Assembly: GCA_965222155.1 (NCBI GenBank)
Contig: CBDCTH010000012.1
Location: forward strand, 512,001 to 576,000
DNA: 64,000 bases
DNA from: Gammaproteobacteria bacterium
Lineage (GTDB): Bacteria > Pseudomonadota > Gammaproteobacteria > Eutrophobiales > Eutrophobiaceae
Reading direction: 5' to 3'
Part shown: positions 1 through 10,144 of the stretch, in pieces
Numbering within the stretch: the first letter of the stretch is position 1
How the letters are laid out: the number at the start of each line of letters is the position of its first letter
Made by a program: the position numbers and the translations under genes
Notes under the pieces: model-generated
The model's database searches: none
The model's input: only the letters and a program-made list of their open reading frames with translations
Told to the model about the DNA's origin: nothing

Positions 1-206
1 AGCACATCGTCCACGTTAGCGCGTAAGCCCAACCCGGCTACAGGCCCTATGGCGGGGCCGCCTGAAAGACCAGAATGGGTATCCCTGTGGCGTGTCCTTT
101 CCAGTCGGTCAGACCTTGTTAAGACCGAATGTGTTCGTGCGGCCTGATGCTTAGAACGCCCAAAAATAGTTACACAGCAAATATGAGGCGTTAACAGGAA
201 CTGCTG

Positions 207-650
207 TCAAAGCAGTTTTTTTGCTATGCCGGATAGGGTGGATCGGAGGGCCGGGTCCGCAATTTTGTCAGCCACCTGACGTATACCGTCTGCAGTGTCG
301 GGGGAGACTGTCAGCGGCCGGAGCGAGGTCTGGTGCGGCGGGTCAGGGAGCACTACCTTGATGCGGATTGTGCTGAGCTCCGGCATGTCGACCTGGAAGA
401 TTGTGAGGATTTCAGGGGTCATATAGCGTAACCTGGTCGCCCAGCTGTCGCTATCGGTATGTAATACAAGGATTTTCTGCTGGTAATCAGCGACAACGAC
501 GTGTTTATTCAGCGGGCTGTCGAGATTTTTACACAGTTTGATTTGTAGCTCCTTGATTTTTTCGGTATGATTGCATATCTGTGACAGTCGATCAGAGGAG
601 GCAAGGAGGTCTGTTATCGTACTGATTTGTGATTTGGTGCGGGTATTCAT
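207..650 (-). CDS. DUF721/DciA family protein
   Basis: LVLHTDSDSWATRLRY motif; canonical position divergent from M23-secA; ATG at 650 chosen as start. Confidence 0.8.
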   Translation of the reverse strand: MNTRTKSQISTITDLLASSDRLSQICNHTEKIKELQIKLCKNLDSPLNKHVVVADYQQKILVLHTDSDSWATRLRYMTPEILTIFQVDMPELSTIRIKVVLPDPPHQTSLRPLTVSPDTADGIRQVADKIADPALRSTLSGIAKKLL

Positions 651-679
651 TATCTCGAATAGCAATCTGGTTATGGCAA

Positions 680-1564
680 ATGAAGATAATAGTCTTTCTG
701 AATGAAAGAAAGAAGGCCTTGCGACTGACTGTCAGTCTCTGGACCTGCGCTTTTGTGCTGGTAGCGGTTGCCGGACTTGGCGTTGTCATTTCCAACCTTG
801 GTGGTATTTATATGGATAAACGTCACCTTGAGGGTGAATTGCAGACCCTGGAGGACGTGAAGACGGATACGGAGACAACCTTGAATGTAATGGTGGGCCG
901 ATTGAGTTTATTGCAGAGCCACGTTATGCGCCTGGATGCGCTGGGCGCCCGCCTCGCCAAGATGGCGCAACTGGATGACATGGAATTCGGTATTGCAAAT
1001 CCGCCTGGAATAGGCGGACCTCAGACTATGCTTGCCGACGGTTCACAGGGATTGTCGGATTTTGATTTCCTCATTTCCCTGTATCAACTGGAGCAGGCCC
1101 TGGAGGACCGTCAGGATAAGTTATCAGCCATGGAAGCCATGCTGATGGGAAGAAGTTTACAGGACCAGGCCCGTCCGTTAGGCAACCCTGCCGAAGGCGG
1201 CTGGTTTTCTTCATTATTCGGTTATCGGACTGACCCGATCTCCGGGAAAAAAGAGTATCACGTAGGGATTGATTTAGCCGGCAGATCCGGCATGCTGGTT
1301 ACCTCCGTCGCCTCGGGTATCGTAACCTGGTCGGCGCCGGACCAGGGATATGGCAACCTGGTAGAAATCAGTCATGGTAACGGCTACGTTACCAGGTACG
1401 CACATAACAAAGAGAACCTGGTCAGTGTCGGGGAAAAAGTCGAGAAAGGTGATGTGATTGCAATTATGGGCAGTAGCGGGCGCAGTACCGGCACACATGT
1501 TCATTTCGAGGTTGTCAGAAACGGCCGACACGTTAATCCCCGCAGCTATATTTCCTTGCAGTAA
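680..1564 (+). CDS. M23 family metallopeptidase
   Basis: HVGID, RYAH and GRSTGTHVHFEV motifs; N-terminal TM plus coiled coil; upstream of secA. Confidence 0.92.
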   Translation: MKIIVFLNERKKALRLTVSLWTCAFVLVAVAGLGVVISNLGGIYMDKRHLEGELQTLEDVKTDTETTLNVMVGRLSLLQSHVMRLDALGARLAKMAQLDDMEFGIANPPGIGGPQTMLADGSQGLSDFDFLISLYQLEQALEDRQDKLSAMEAMLMGRSLQDQARPLGNPAEGGWFSSLFGYRTDPISGKKEYHVGIDLAGRSGMLVTSVASGIVTWSAPDQGYGNLVEISHGNGYVTRYAHNKENLVSVGEKVEKGDVIAIMGSSGRSTGTHVHFEVVRNGRHVNPRSYISLQ

Positions 1565-1646
1565 TTCTTTATTTTTTCAATCCGTTCTGTTTTAATCAGC
1601 CCTCACTTCCCGGCTGTTGCCGTGGCGTATTAATGGGATATTTCAC

Positions 1647-4337
1647 GTGATCAGAACTGTTTTCACAAAAATTTTCGGCAGCAGGAATTTGCGTGTCCTG
1701 AAGAGGATGCAAAAGACCGTAAGTCGGATCAATGACCTCGAGGATAGCGTATCCCGGCTCGAGGATGCCGAATTTCCGCAAAAAACCGCACAGTTGAAAT
1801 CCAGGTGGGAACAGGGTGAAACCCTGGAAGAGCTCTTGCCGGAGGCATTTGCCCTGGTGCGCGAAGCGGGCAGGAGAACCCTGAATATGCGGCACTTTGA
1901 CGTACAACTGCTTGGCGGTATCGTATTGCACCAGGGCAACATCGCGGAAATGCGTACCGGTGAAGGTAAGACGCTGGTGGCGACTTTGCCTGCATATCTT
2001 AATGCCCTGACCGACGCCGGCGTGCATATCATTACCGTGAACGATTACTTGGCGCAGCGTGATGCGGAATGGATGGGGGCTATCTATTCTTTCCTGGGAA
2101 TGTCGACGGGAGTGATCATTTCCGGCCTCAATAATGAGGAACGGAAACGGGCCTATGCCACCGACATCACCTATGGAACCAATAATGAATTCGGTTTCGA
2201 TTACTTGCGGGACAATATGAAGTTCCACAGTGAGGATCAGGTTCAGCGCAGTTTAAAATACGCAATAGTTGACGAAGTGGATTCGATACTCATCGATGAG
2301 GCGCGTACTCCGCTTATCATTTCAGGTATGGTGGATGACAGGTCCGACCTGTACCTGAGCATGAACAAGATAGTGCCCCGATTAAAGTTGCAAAAAGAGG
2401 AAGATGATGGCGGCGATTATGTGATCGATGAAAAGAGCAAGCAGGCTTACCTGACGGAAACAGGCCATGAGCGGCTGGAAAAACTGTTGTTGGAAAACAA
2501 TATCATGCAGCGCGGCATGAGTTTATATGATCCGGTCAATATTCCCATACTGCATCACTTGAATTCCGCGCTGCGAGCCCATGCCTTGTTTCACAATAAC
2601 GTCGAATATATTGTCCAGAACGATGAAGTGGTCATCGTCGATGAATTCACCGGCAGGACCATGCCGGGCAGGCGCTGGTCGGATGGGTTGCACCAGGCCA
2701 TTGAGGCAAAGGAAAATGTGCCGATTCAGAATGAAAATCAGACCCTGGCAACCATAACCTACCAGAATTACTTCCGGCTTTATGAAAAGCTGGCCGGTAT
2801 GACGGGTACGGCTGATACCGAAGCATACGAATTTCAACAGATATACGGCCTTGAGGTAGCTGTCGTTCCGACTCATCTGCCGATGGTGAGAGATGACCAG
2901 CCGGACATGATATACCTGACCGTCGGGGAGAAATTTGCGGCAATAATCGACGATATAAGGTCGTGCCAGGCACGCGGACAGCCCGTTCTTGTGGGTACGG
3001 TTTCCATAGAAGTATCGGAATACCTGTCCAATCAACTGAAGAAGCAGAAAATTAAACACCAGGTTTTGAATGCCAAGCATCATGAAAGGGAAGCCGAAAT
3101 TATCGCCCAGGCCGGACGCCCCGGGGCGGTGACGATCGCAACGAACATGGCCGGCCGGGGTACCGATATTGTGCTTGGCGGAAACCTGGATGCGGAAATC
3201 AAAGCCCTGGACAATGCCGATGCGGCAGTACTGAATAAAGTTCGTAGCGCCTGGCAGGAGCGCCATGAGAAGGTGGTCGAAAATGGCGGATTGCGCATAA
3301 TCGGCACGGAACGACATGAATCCAGGCGCGTTGACAACCAGTTAAGAGGACGCTCGGGACGCCAGGGTGACCCGGGGTCAAGCCGGTTCTATATTTCTCT
3401 TGAAGATGATTTGATGCGTATCTTTGCATCGGAACGGGTTGCCTCCATCATGCAGAGACTGGGAATGGAAGAAGGCGAGGCTATCGAATCGAACCTGGTA
3501 ACCAAGGCGATTGAGAACGCACAGAGGAAAGTCGAGGCCCATAACTTCGATATTCGCAAACATCTGCTGGAATATGATGACGTTGCAAACGACCAGCGTA
3601 AGGTGATTTATGAATGGCGTCATGAACTGCTGGGTGAGAACGACATTTCCACTGATATTCAAACGATGCGGGAAGACGTGGTAAAAGGTATTTTTGCAAT
3701 TCATATCCCTCCCGGCAGCCCGGACGAAACATGGAATACCTCCGGTTTGACGGAGGCATTGGTGAATGAATTAAACGTACATTTGCCGATACGACAGTGG
3801 CTGGACGAGTATGCTTCCATGGATGAAGAGGCGTTGCTTGCCAGGGTTATTGATAATGCTACGAAAGATGTGGAAACAAGACATGCCGACCTGTCGGAGG
3901 AATTAGTCCGCAGGGTTGAAAAGGGTCTGATGCTGGATACCCTGGACCGGCACTGGAAAGAACACCTGGTTGCGATGGATCACTTGAGGCAAGGCATCGG
4001 GCTGCGCGGATACGCCGCAAAAAACCCCAAACAGGAATACAAGAAGGAAGCATTCGCCATGTTCAGCGACATGCTGGAAAATATCAAATCTGACGTTATT
4101 AGCGTGTTGGCAAAAATACACGTCAGGGAAGACCAGGATATTAAGGTATTACAGGACCGCCCCCAACCTGCGGAGATGCAGTTTAATCATCCGGACGCAC
4201 CCAGTGCCCTGGGTAAGCAGGGCGAAAGCCAGGGACAAAAACCCTATATCCGCAATGAAAGAAAGATCGGCCGGAATGAGCCCTGTCCCTGCGGCTCCGG
4301 GAAAAAATATAAACATTGTCATGGTAAGCTCAACTGA
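1647..4337 (+). CDS. secA: Preprotein translocase ATPase SecA
   Basis: [27 protein letters not shown] and C-terminal [14 protein letters not shown]; GTG start at 1647 inferred. Confidence 0.99.
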   Translation: MIRTVFTKIFGSRNLRVLKRMQKTVSRINDLEDSVSRLEDAEFPQKTAQLKSRWEQGETLEELLPEAFALVREAGRRTLNMRHFDVQLLGGIVLHQGNIAEMRTGEGKTLVATLPAYLNALTDAGVHIITVNDYLAQRDAEWMGAIYSFLGMSTGVIISGLNNEERKRAYATDITYGTNNEFGFDYLRDNMKFHSEDQVQRSLKYAIVDEVDSILIDEARTPLIISGMVDDRSDLYLSMNKIVPRLKLQKEEDDGGDYVIDEKSKQAYLTETGHERLEKLLLENNIMQRGMSLYDPVNIPILHHLNSALRAHALFHNNVEYIVQNDEVVIVDEFTGRTMPGRRWSDGLHQAIEAKENVPIQNENQTLATITYQNYFRLYEKLAGMTGTADTEAYEFQQIYGLEVAVVPTHLPMVRDDQPDMIYLTVGEKFAAIIDDIRSCQARGQPVLVGTVSIEVSEYLSNQLKKQKIKHQVLNAKHHEREAEIIAQAGRPGAVTIATNMAGRGTDIVLGGNLDAEIKALDNADAAVLNKVRSAWQERHEKVVENGGLRIIGTERHESRRVDNQLRGRSGRQGDPGSSRFYISLEDDLMRIFASERVASIMQRLGMEEGEAIESNLVTKAIENAQRKVEAHNFDIRKHLLEYDDVANDQRKVIYEWRHELLGENDISTDIQTMREDVVKGIFAIHIPPGSPDETWNTSGLTEALVNELNVHLPIRQWLDEYASMDEEALLARVIDNATKDVETRHADLSEELVRRVEKGLMLDTLDRHWKEHLVAMDHLRQGIGLRGYAAKNPKQEYKKEAFAMFSDMLENIKSDVISVLAKIHVREDQDIKVLQDRPQPAEMQFNHPDAPSALGKQGESQGQKPYIRNERKIGRNEPCPCGSGKKYKHCHGKLN

Positions 4338-4396
4338 TCCGGTGGTGACACTGTGGGGACAGGTTCGGGTGGGCTTTTCAAAACTCTTACAGAAAA

Positions 4397-4415
4397 GGGG
4401 GACAGATTTATTTTT
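4397..4415. repeat. Half copy of palindromic repeat family A (GGGGACAGATTTATTTT)
   Basis: Same sequence at 20283 and 38342. Confidence 0.7.
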
Positions 4416-4426
4416 GCTCAGGACGC

Positions 4427-4518
4427 CCATTCCGGCGCAGGCCGGAATCCAGTCAATTTTATGAATCATTTTAAGGAAAACCGGTTTAACTGGATACCGG
4501 GTCAAGCCCGGAATGGCG
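4427..4518. repeat. REP/REPIN-like double palindrome
   Basis: ATTCCGGCGCAGGCCGGAATCCAG ... CTGGATACCGGGTCAAGCCCGGAATGG form an inverted pair between secA and argJ. Confidence 0.7.
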
Positions 4519-4541
4519 GATTGCTGTTTTCTTGATGAATT

Positions 4542-5759
4542 ATGGCTATCGGATTGACACCTCCCGCTACGCTCCTGCCGGTTGACGGCGTTCTGGCTGC
4601 CGCCTGTTCGGCAGGTATTTATGGTAAGCCCCGGGATGACCTGGCGCTTTTTGCTGTCTGTGAAGGCGCCACGGTCAGCGCCGTGTTTACCCGTAACCGT
4701 TTTTACGCAGCGCCGGTTGCCGTTGCCGCAACACACCTGCAGCATGGTTCTGTCAAATTCCTGCTGGTTAATGCCGGCAATGCCAATGCCGGCACGGGCG
4801 CCAGGGGTATCGACGATACCATGCGGGTCTGTCAGGCCCTGGCGGAGCAGGGCAGTTGCCCGGTTGAAGCGGTATTACCGTTTTCCACCGGGGTAATTGG
4901 AGAATACCTGCCGGTCGGGAATATATGCAATGCGTTGCCGGGGTTGTACGACGCTTTGGCCGATGACGCCTGGCTCAATTGCGCCCGGGCGATAATGACG
5001 ACGGATACGCTGCCAAAAGGCTGCTCCGCCCGGTTTTCCGCTGATGCGGGAGTGGTTACCGTGACCGGTATAGCAAAGGGCTCAGGCATGATAAAACCGG
5101 ATATGGCAACCATGCTCGCGTTTATCGCCACGGATGCCGGCGTGGAACAAAGCTTATTGGACCGCATATTGGCGTCGGCGCTAGAACAATCATTCAACCG
5201 GATCTGTGTTGACGGTGATACCTCCACCAATGATGCCTGTGTGCTGGTTGCTACCGGCAAGAGCCCTTGCCGTATTATCGATGAAAACAGTCCGGCATAC
5301 GGCTTGCTGGAAGAACAAATCACGCAGGCATGTATCCGCCTGGCCCAGGCAATTGTCAGGGATGGCGAAGGCGCGACAAAATTCGTAACGATCCAGGTTG
5401 ATAACGCCCGAAGTGAAGCAGAGTGTGCTGCTGTAGCGGATGCCATATCAACATCTCCACTGGTCAAAACCGCGTTATATGCTGCTGACCCCAACTGGGG
5501 CAGGATATTGGCCGCTATCGGACGCAGCAAGGCCGGCAATCCGGACATCGACAGGGTTTCGGTATATCTGAACGAGGTATGTGTAGTCGAAAATGGCGCC
5601 AGGGCAAAAGACTACACCGAGGAACAAGGGGTCGCCGCCATGCAGTCCGATGAAATTCTGCTGCGCATCAACTTGAACAGGGGTGAGCTGAGCGGCCGCT
5701 ACTGGACCTGTGACCTGTCCCATGACTACGTCACGATCAACGCGGAGTACCGAACCTGA
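4542..5759 (+). CDS. argJ: Glutamate N-acetyltransferase ArgJ
   Basis: IMTTDT, KGSGMIKPDMATML, DGDTSTND and INAEYRT motifs. Confidence 0.98.
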   Translation: MAIGLTPPATLLPVDGVLAAACSAGIYGKPRDDLALFAVCEGATVSAVFTRNRFYAAPVAVAATHLQHGSVKFLLVNAGNANAGTGARGIDDTMRVCQALAEQGSCPVEAVLPFSTGVIGEYLPVGNICNALPGLYDALADDAWLNCARAIMTTDTLPKGCSARFSADAGVVTVTGIAKGSGMIKPDMATMLAFIATDAGVEQSLLDRILASALEQSFNRICVDGDTSTNDACVLVATGKSPCRIIDENSPAYGLLEEQITQACIRLAQAIVRDGEGATKFVTIQVDNARSEAECAAVADAISTSPLVKTALYAADPNWGRILAAIGRSKAGNPDIDRVSVYLNEVCVVENGARAKDYTEEQGVAAMQSDEILLRINLNRGELSGRYWTCDLSHDYVTINAEYRT

Positions 5760-6187
5760 GGCTTTTGCCACAGGGGACGCGGAGAGCACAGAGTATTATC
5801 AATCCGGATTTCTCAGGTCTAATGTTGCCATCGGATAGATGTCCGCTGTTACTGAGTTATGGTCATCTGCTCACCATGTCACCATTACAGACTTCACTTG
5901 ATGCGCCCTCGCTGGTCTTTTCGCCGCCAACGGGCACATGCTCCCTATTTAAATTTGACTTGGACGCCGCGCTCGGCTAAAGTTACGCTTAATGAAGACA
6001 AACCATCTCGACCAAGCAATAGGAACCATCCACATGAACTTGACCCTGGCAAACCCGAAGGGGTTATCTGCAGCAAGCTGCGTGGGTCGGTTTGGCGCGG
6101 TCAGACGGGCTCCGTCGGTCTACCATCTCTTGGCGTTGGCCCCGGCCTTCACCTCCAGTGCGCTGCCGCCTGAAGCCAGTCAGTCTA

Positions 6188-6206
6188 CCCCCCCCCCCCC
6201 CCCCCC
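6188..6206. repeat. C19 homopolymer
   Basis: Direct count of 19 consecutive C. Confidence 0.9.
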
Positions 6207-6436
6207 GGAAAATACAGCTTTTTCAGTGAGTTAGAACACTTTTCCGGCCCCACTGCGCGGGCCGGCAACAGCGTATTTCAGCATACAAGCAGGGCAGCCC
6301 CTCACTGCTTGATGCAGGACTCCATCAGTACGGCGACGTACTGCGGCCTCCCCATGACTTCCCGCCGTCAACCCGGCACACAGCGGGTGTCTTTGCCTTG
6401 CCTAACGCGTCACTTGATAACCATGAAGAAAGCAAC

Positions 6437-9343
6437 ATGGCTATTCTGAAAGAAGACAACGGCGATGCGCCAGCAAGCATCGATGCCCAATACACGATTT
6501 CCGTCGGTGATGTCTTTCAAGGCACGCTCAATCCCACCGACAATGAAGATGGCAGCCAGACCCAGGATACAGACTGGATCCGGGTCACGCTGACTGCCGG
6601 GACCATCTACAGGTTCAGTCCTGCAGGCATCGGAGCGGTGCCTGAGAAAACTTGGTTCGCACTTTCGCTCCGGGATGCAAACGGGGACATTGTATTTGAG
6701 ACTTCAGGTCGGGCCAGTTCTTATACTGTTGAGATTGAGCCGGTCTCAACCACGGGCACTTATTACGTCGGGGTCGGGATAGAACGTTACTCTACCAGCG
6801 ACGTACTCAGCGCGCTTGACTATGAGATTTCGGTGTCTGAGAACACGACCCCCGAGGGCACCTATGACGAGATTGCCGATTATCTGACGAACGGCTACGG
6901 GAGACCCCGTCGCGCCTTCGACGTTGAACCCGGCGGTACTTTGACCGCTGACATCACCGCCCTGACACCTGCGGGTCAGCAACTCGCTCGCTGGGCCCTG
7001 GAGGCCTGGACCTCCGTCACCGGCATCGGTTTCGAGTTCGTGGACGGTGATGCGCACATTACCTTCGACGACAAAAATGACGGGTTCACTGGCCAGGGCG
7101 GAGCAACCTCGTGGACACCCTCAGATGACGGCACGTACTTGATTATCTCTTCGCATGTCAACATCCGGGAAGACAGTCTCCCTCTCCATGCCACAATTGA
7201 CAGCTATGCCTTTTCTACCTACATCCACGAAATCGGCCATGCCCTCGGTCTCGGCCACCCGGGACCTTACCCAGAGTATGACGATGATGGAAAGATACTT
7301 CCTTGGGACTACGGTGTCGACAACCTATTCCTGAACGACTCTGACCAGGCGACAGCGATGTCCTACTTCAGCCAGGAGTGGAACACCTATATTGAGGCCA
7401 GCAGAGCTACCCCTGTCACGCCGATGATTGCGGACATCATCGCCATTCAGAATCTCTATGGCACGCCCACTGATATCAACCTCGGCGACACCGTCTATGG
7501 CTATCACTCTAACGTGGACGGCTACCTTGGTCTGCTCTTTGCACGCTGGACTGGTGAGGAAAATCCCTTCGCTGGTATAGATGTGGGTAAGCTTAGCAGG
7601 CCAACTTTGGCTGACCTGGACAATGACGGCGACCTGGACCTGGTCGTGGGTGAGTATTACGGCCCCCTGTACTACTACGAGGACACCGGCAGCCGCAGTC
7701 AACCGGGCTTCACAGAACGCACTGGCGCTGCCGATCCCCTGGATGGTATCAATACGGGTAGGTACAGTACCTCCACCTTTGCCGACCTGGACGACGATGG
7801 TGATCTGGACCTGGTCGTGGGTGATTGGTACGACACCCTGCACTACTATGAGAACACCGGCAGCCGCAGTCAGCTGGGCTTCACAGAACGCACTGGCGCT
7901 GCCGATCCCTTGGCTGGTATCGATGTGGGTTGGCTCAGTGTGCCAACCTTTGCCGACTTGGACGACGATGGTGATCTGGACCTGGTCGTGGGTGAGCGGG
8001 ACGGTATCCTGAACTACTACGAGAACACCGGCAGCCGCAGTCAGCCGGACTTTACAGAGCGTACCGGCGTTGACAATCCCCTGGATGGTATCGATGTGGA
8101 TACTCACAGCAACCCAACCTTTGCCGACCTGGACAACGACGGCGACCTGGACCTGGTCGTGGGTGAGGGGAACGGTATCCTGAACTACTTCGAGAACACT
8201 GGCAGCCGCAGTCAGCCGGGCTTCACAAAGCGCACCGGCGTTGACAATCCCCTGGATGGCATCGATGTGGATAGTAACAGCGCCCCAACCTTTGCCGACT
8301 TGGACAACGACGGCGACCTGGACCTGGTCATGGGTAAGGAGGACGGCTTCCTGCACTACTACGAGAACACCGGCAGCCGCACCGAGGCGAGTTTCACCTC
8401 ATTACAGCTAAGCCGACCGGTCACACTGACCCTCTACGACAACGGCGGCAGCGATACGCTCGACCTGCGCACCGATAGGACTGACCAGCGAGTCGACTTA
8501 CGTCCGGAAGGTATATCAAACGTCTACAGCCTGGTCGGTAATCTGGTCATCGCCCGAGGGACGGTGATCGAACACTTCATCGCCGGCTCCGGCAATGACA
8601 CAGTCATCGGCAACACGACGGCCAATCGTCTGGAGGGACGCGCCGGCAATGATTTCCTCTGGGGCAGCGCCGGCAATGACATATTAATCGGCGGCCCGGG
8701 CGCGGATCGACTGGTTGGCAACAGCGGGCATGACACGGCCGCCTATACCCATTCCCCCACCGGTGTCACGGTGCGCCTGCACAACCTCTCGGCCACGGGC
8801 GGCGATGCGACCGGTGATACCTTCCCTTACCGGGTTGACGTCGCCTGGACCGATAGTGACGGTGTTGAGCAGACCGAATCCCTGCCCGATGTCGAGCACC
8901 TGAGCGGCTCTGCCCACGACGACGTGCTGGCCGGGGACCGCCGGGATAACAGCATCGACGGTGGCGCCGGCAACGATACCCTGTACGGCGGCCCGGGCGG
9001 TGGCGATGACCTGCTGACCGGCGGCAGTGGGGATGACGTGCTGTACGGCGGGCAGGGGAACGACACCCTGCGGGGCAGCGGTGGTGACGATGTGCTACAT
9101 GGCGGGCCGGGCGCGGACATCTTTATCTTTGACCCCGGAAACGGCGCCGACCGCATCGCTGGCTTTGCCGATGGCGCGGACAAGATTGACCTCACCGGTT
9201 TCGGTCTCACTGGCTTTGACGAGGTTGAAGCGGCGCCGGTTGCGGCGGGTGTCATGCTCGACTTGGGGGCTCAGGGCGGCGGCACGATCCTGTTGGCCGA
9301 CTTCGATATGGTCAACCTGGATGCGGGGAACTTTATTGTTTGA
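6437..9343 (+). CDS. Serralysin-like (M10B) zinc metalloprotease with FG-GAP/VCBS repeats and RTX Ca-binding repeats
   Basis: HEIGHALGLGH zinc motif, Met-turn TAMSY, five DLDxDGDLDL repeats, GGxGxD nonapeptides, no Sec signal. Confidence 0.9.
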   Translation: MAILKEDNGDAPASIDAQYTISVGDVFQGTLNPTDNEDGSQTQDTDWIRVTLTAGTIYRFSPAGIGAVPEKTWFALSLRDANGDIVFETSGRASSYTVEIEPVSTTGTYYVGVGIERYSTSDVLSALDYEISVSENTTPEGTYDEIADYLTNGYGRPRRAFDVEPGGTLTADITALTPAGQQLARWALEAWTSVTGIGFEFVDGDAHITFDDKNDGFTGQGGATSWTPSDDGTYLIISSHVNIREDSLPLHATIDSYAFSTYIHEIGHALGLGHPGPYPEYDDDGKILPWDYGVDNLFLNDSDQATAMSYFSQEWNTYIEASRATPVTPMIADIIAIQNLYGTPTDINLGDTVYGYHSNVDGYLGLLFARWTGEENPFAGIDVGKLSRPTLADLDNDGDLDLVVGEYYGPLYYYEDTGSRSQPGFTERTGAADPLDGINTGRYSTSTFADLDDDGDLDLVVGDWYDTLHYYENTGSRSQLGFTERTGAADPLAGIDVGWLSVPTFADLDDDGDLDLVVGERDGILNYYENTGSRSQPDFTERTGVDNPLDGIDVDTHSNPTFADLDNDGDLDLVVGEGNGILNYFENTGSRSQPGFTKRTGVDNPLDGIDVDSNSAPTFADLDNDGDLDLVMGKEDGFLHYYENTGSRTEASFTSLQLSRPVTLTLYDNGGSDTLDLRTDRTDQRVDLRPEGISNVYSLVGNLVIARGTVIEHFIAGSGNDTVIGNTTANRLEGRAGNDFLWGSAGNDILIGGPGADRLVGNSGHDTAAYTHSPTGVTVRLHNLSATGGDATGDTFPYRVDVAWTDSDGVEQTESLPDVEHLSGSAHDDVLAGDRRDNSIDGGAGNDTLYGGPGGGDDLLTGGSGDDVLYGGQGNDTLRGSGGDDVLHGGPGADIFIFDPGNGADRIAGFADGADKIDLTGFGLTGFDEVEAAPVAAGVMLDLGAQGGGTILLADFDMVNLDAGNFIV
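7571..8390 (+). repeat. Five 171-bp (57 aa) intragenic tandem repeats
   Basis: Units start at 7571, 7742, 7913, 8084 and 8255; the last is partial. Confidence 0.9.
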
Positions 9344-9539
9344 TCGGCATCAGGGTTCTGGGTTGCATCATCACAAAACCTGACTATGAAACAAAACAGT
9401 GACTTCATGAAAGGTTCCGGGAAACGGATTTGCTGAGGAGTTTACCCAGGTGTTGCTGGCAATAGTGATTTTTGTGAGAGGAGGTAAAGCATCATGACTT
9501 TTTCTTTTAATTCGGAAGTGAACGGGAAGGATAAAAAAG

Positions 9540-9878
9540 ATGAGCTACGTGACTGAGACGGACGAAGTTACCAGGTGGAACAGCCCGAGGATGATTATTC
9601 TGAAGGACATAGGAATTGTATTCATCGCGGCTATCTCCATCATGGTGATAATGTTCTCGTATTGGCAGTACTCTTCCTCATCCCCCCTGGATAGTTATCC
9701 GGGTATCTATGTTGTGAGTTGGCTCAGTGTGATTCTCGGCGGCTTATTGGGGTGGCGTACCCGGCGGCTGGAGATTGCTCTACTTATGAGCACTGCGGTC
9801 GGAGTGGCTTGGCGGATCAGTGTCGTTTGGATTGTAATGGTGGCAGTCATTGAATATGTGCTTAACGATGCGCAATAA
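9540..9878 (+). CDS. Small hypothetical membrane protein
   Basis: 112 aa ORF with about three hydrophobic stretches; AAGGA upstream. Confidence 0.55.
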   Translation: MSYVTETDEVTRWNSPRMIILKDIGIVFIAAISIMVIMFSYWQYSSSSPLDSYPGIYVVSWLSVILGGLLGWRTRRLEIALLMSTAVGVAWRISVVWIVMVAVIEYVLNDAQ

Positions 9879-10144
9879 GAGCGCGATAAGACACGATTCG
9901 CTCCAAGCTGCTGAAGGTGGGTGCGCGCAGGCAGGTACGTATCAGCGTGCGCACGGTGTAGCGGGCGTTTGTGGCGCGTTATCCGTATGCTGTGTGTGTT
10001 ACCCGGCTCCAGACGGTTCCGTCAAGTCAGTCTGCTTTTTCTCCGTGCAATAAGCAAATTCACAGGATAATTAATCCGCCGAGAATGGTAGTAATTACAG
10101 GTATCTTCATCCAAAGCAACAGCAGAAACTTGCTACGCCGTACA

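Noticed and set aside
5765-6234. Short ORFs after argJ
   Set aside because: Overlapping and motif-free, one depends on the poly-C tract; likely degraded DNA
7325-8356. 343-aa repetitive minus-strand ORF
   Set aside because: Antisense shadow of the FG-GAP repeats
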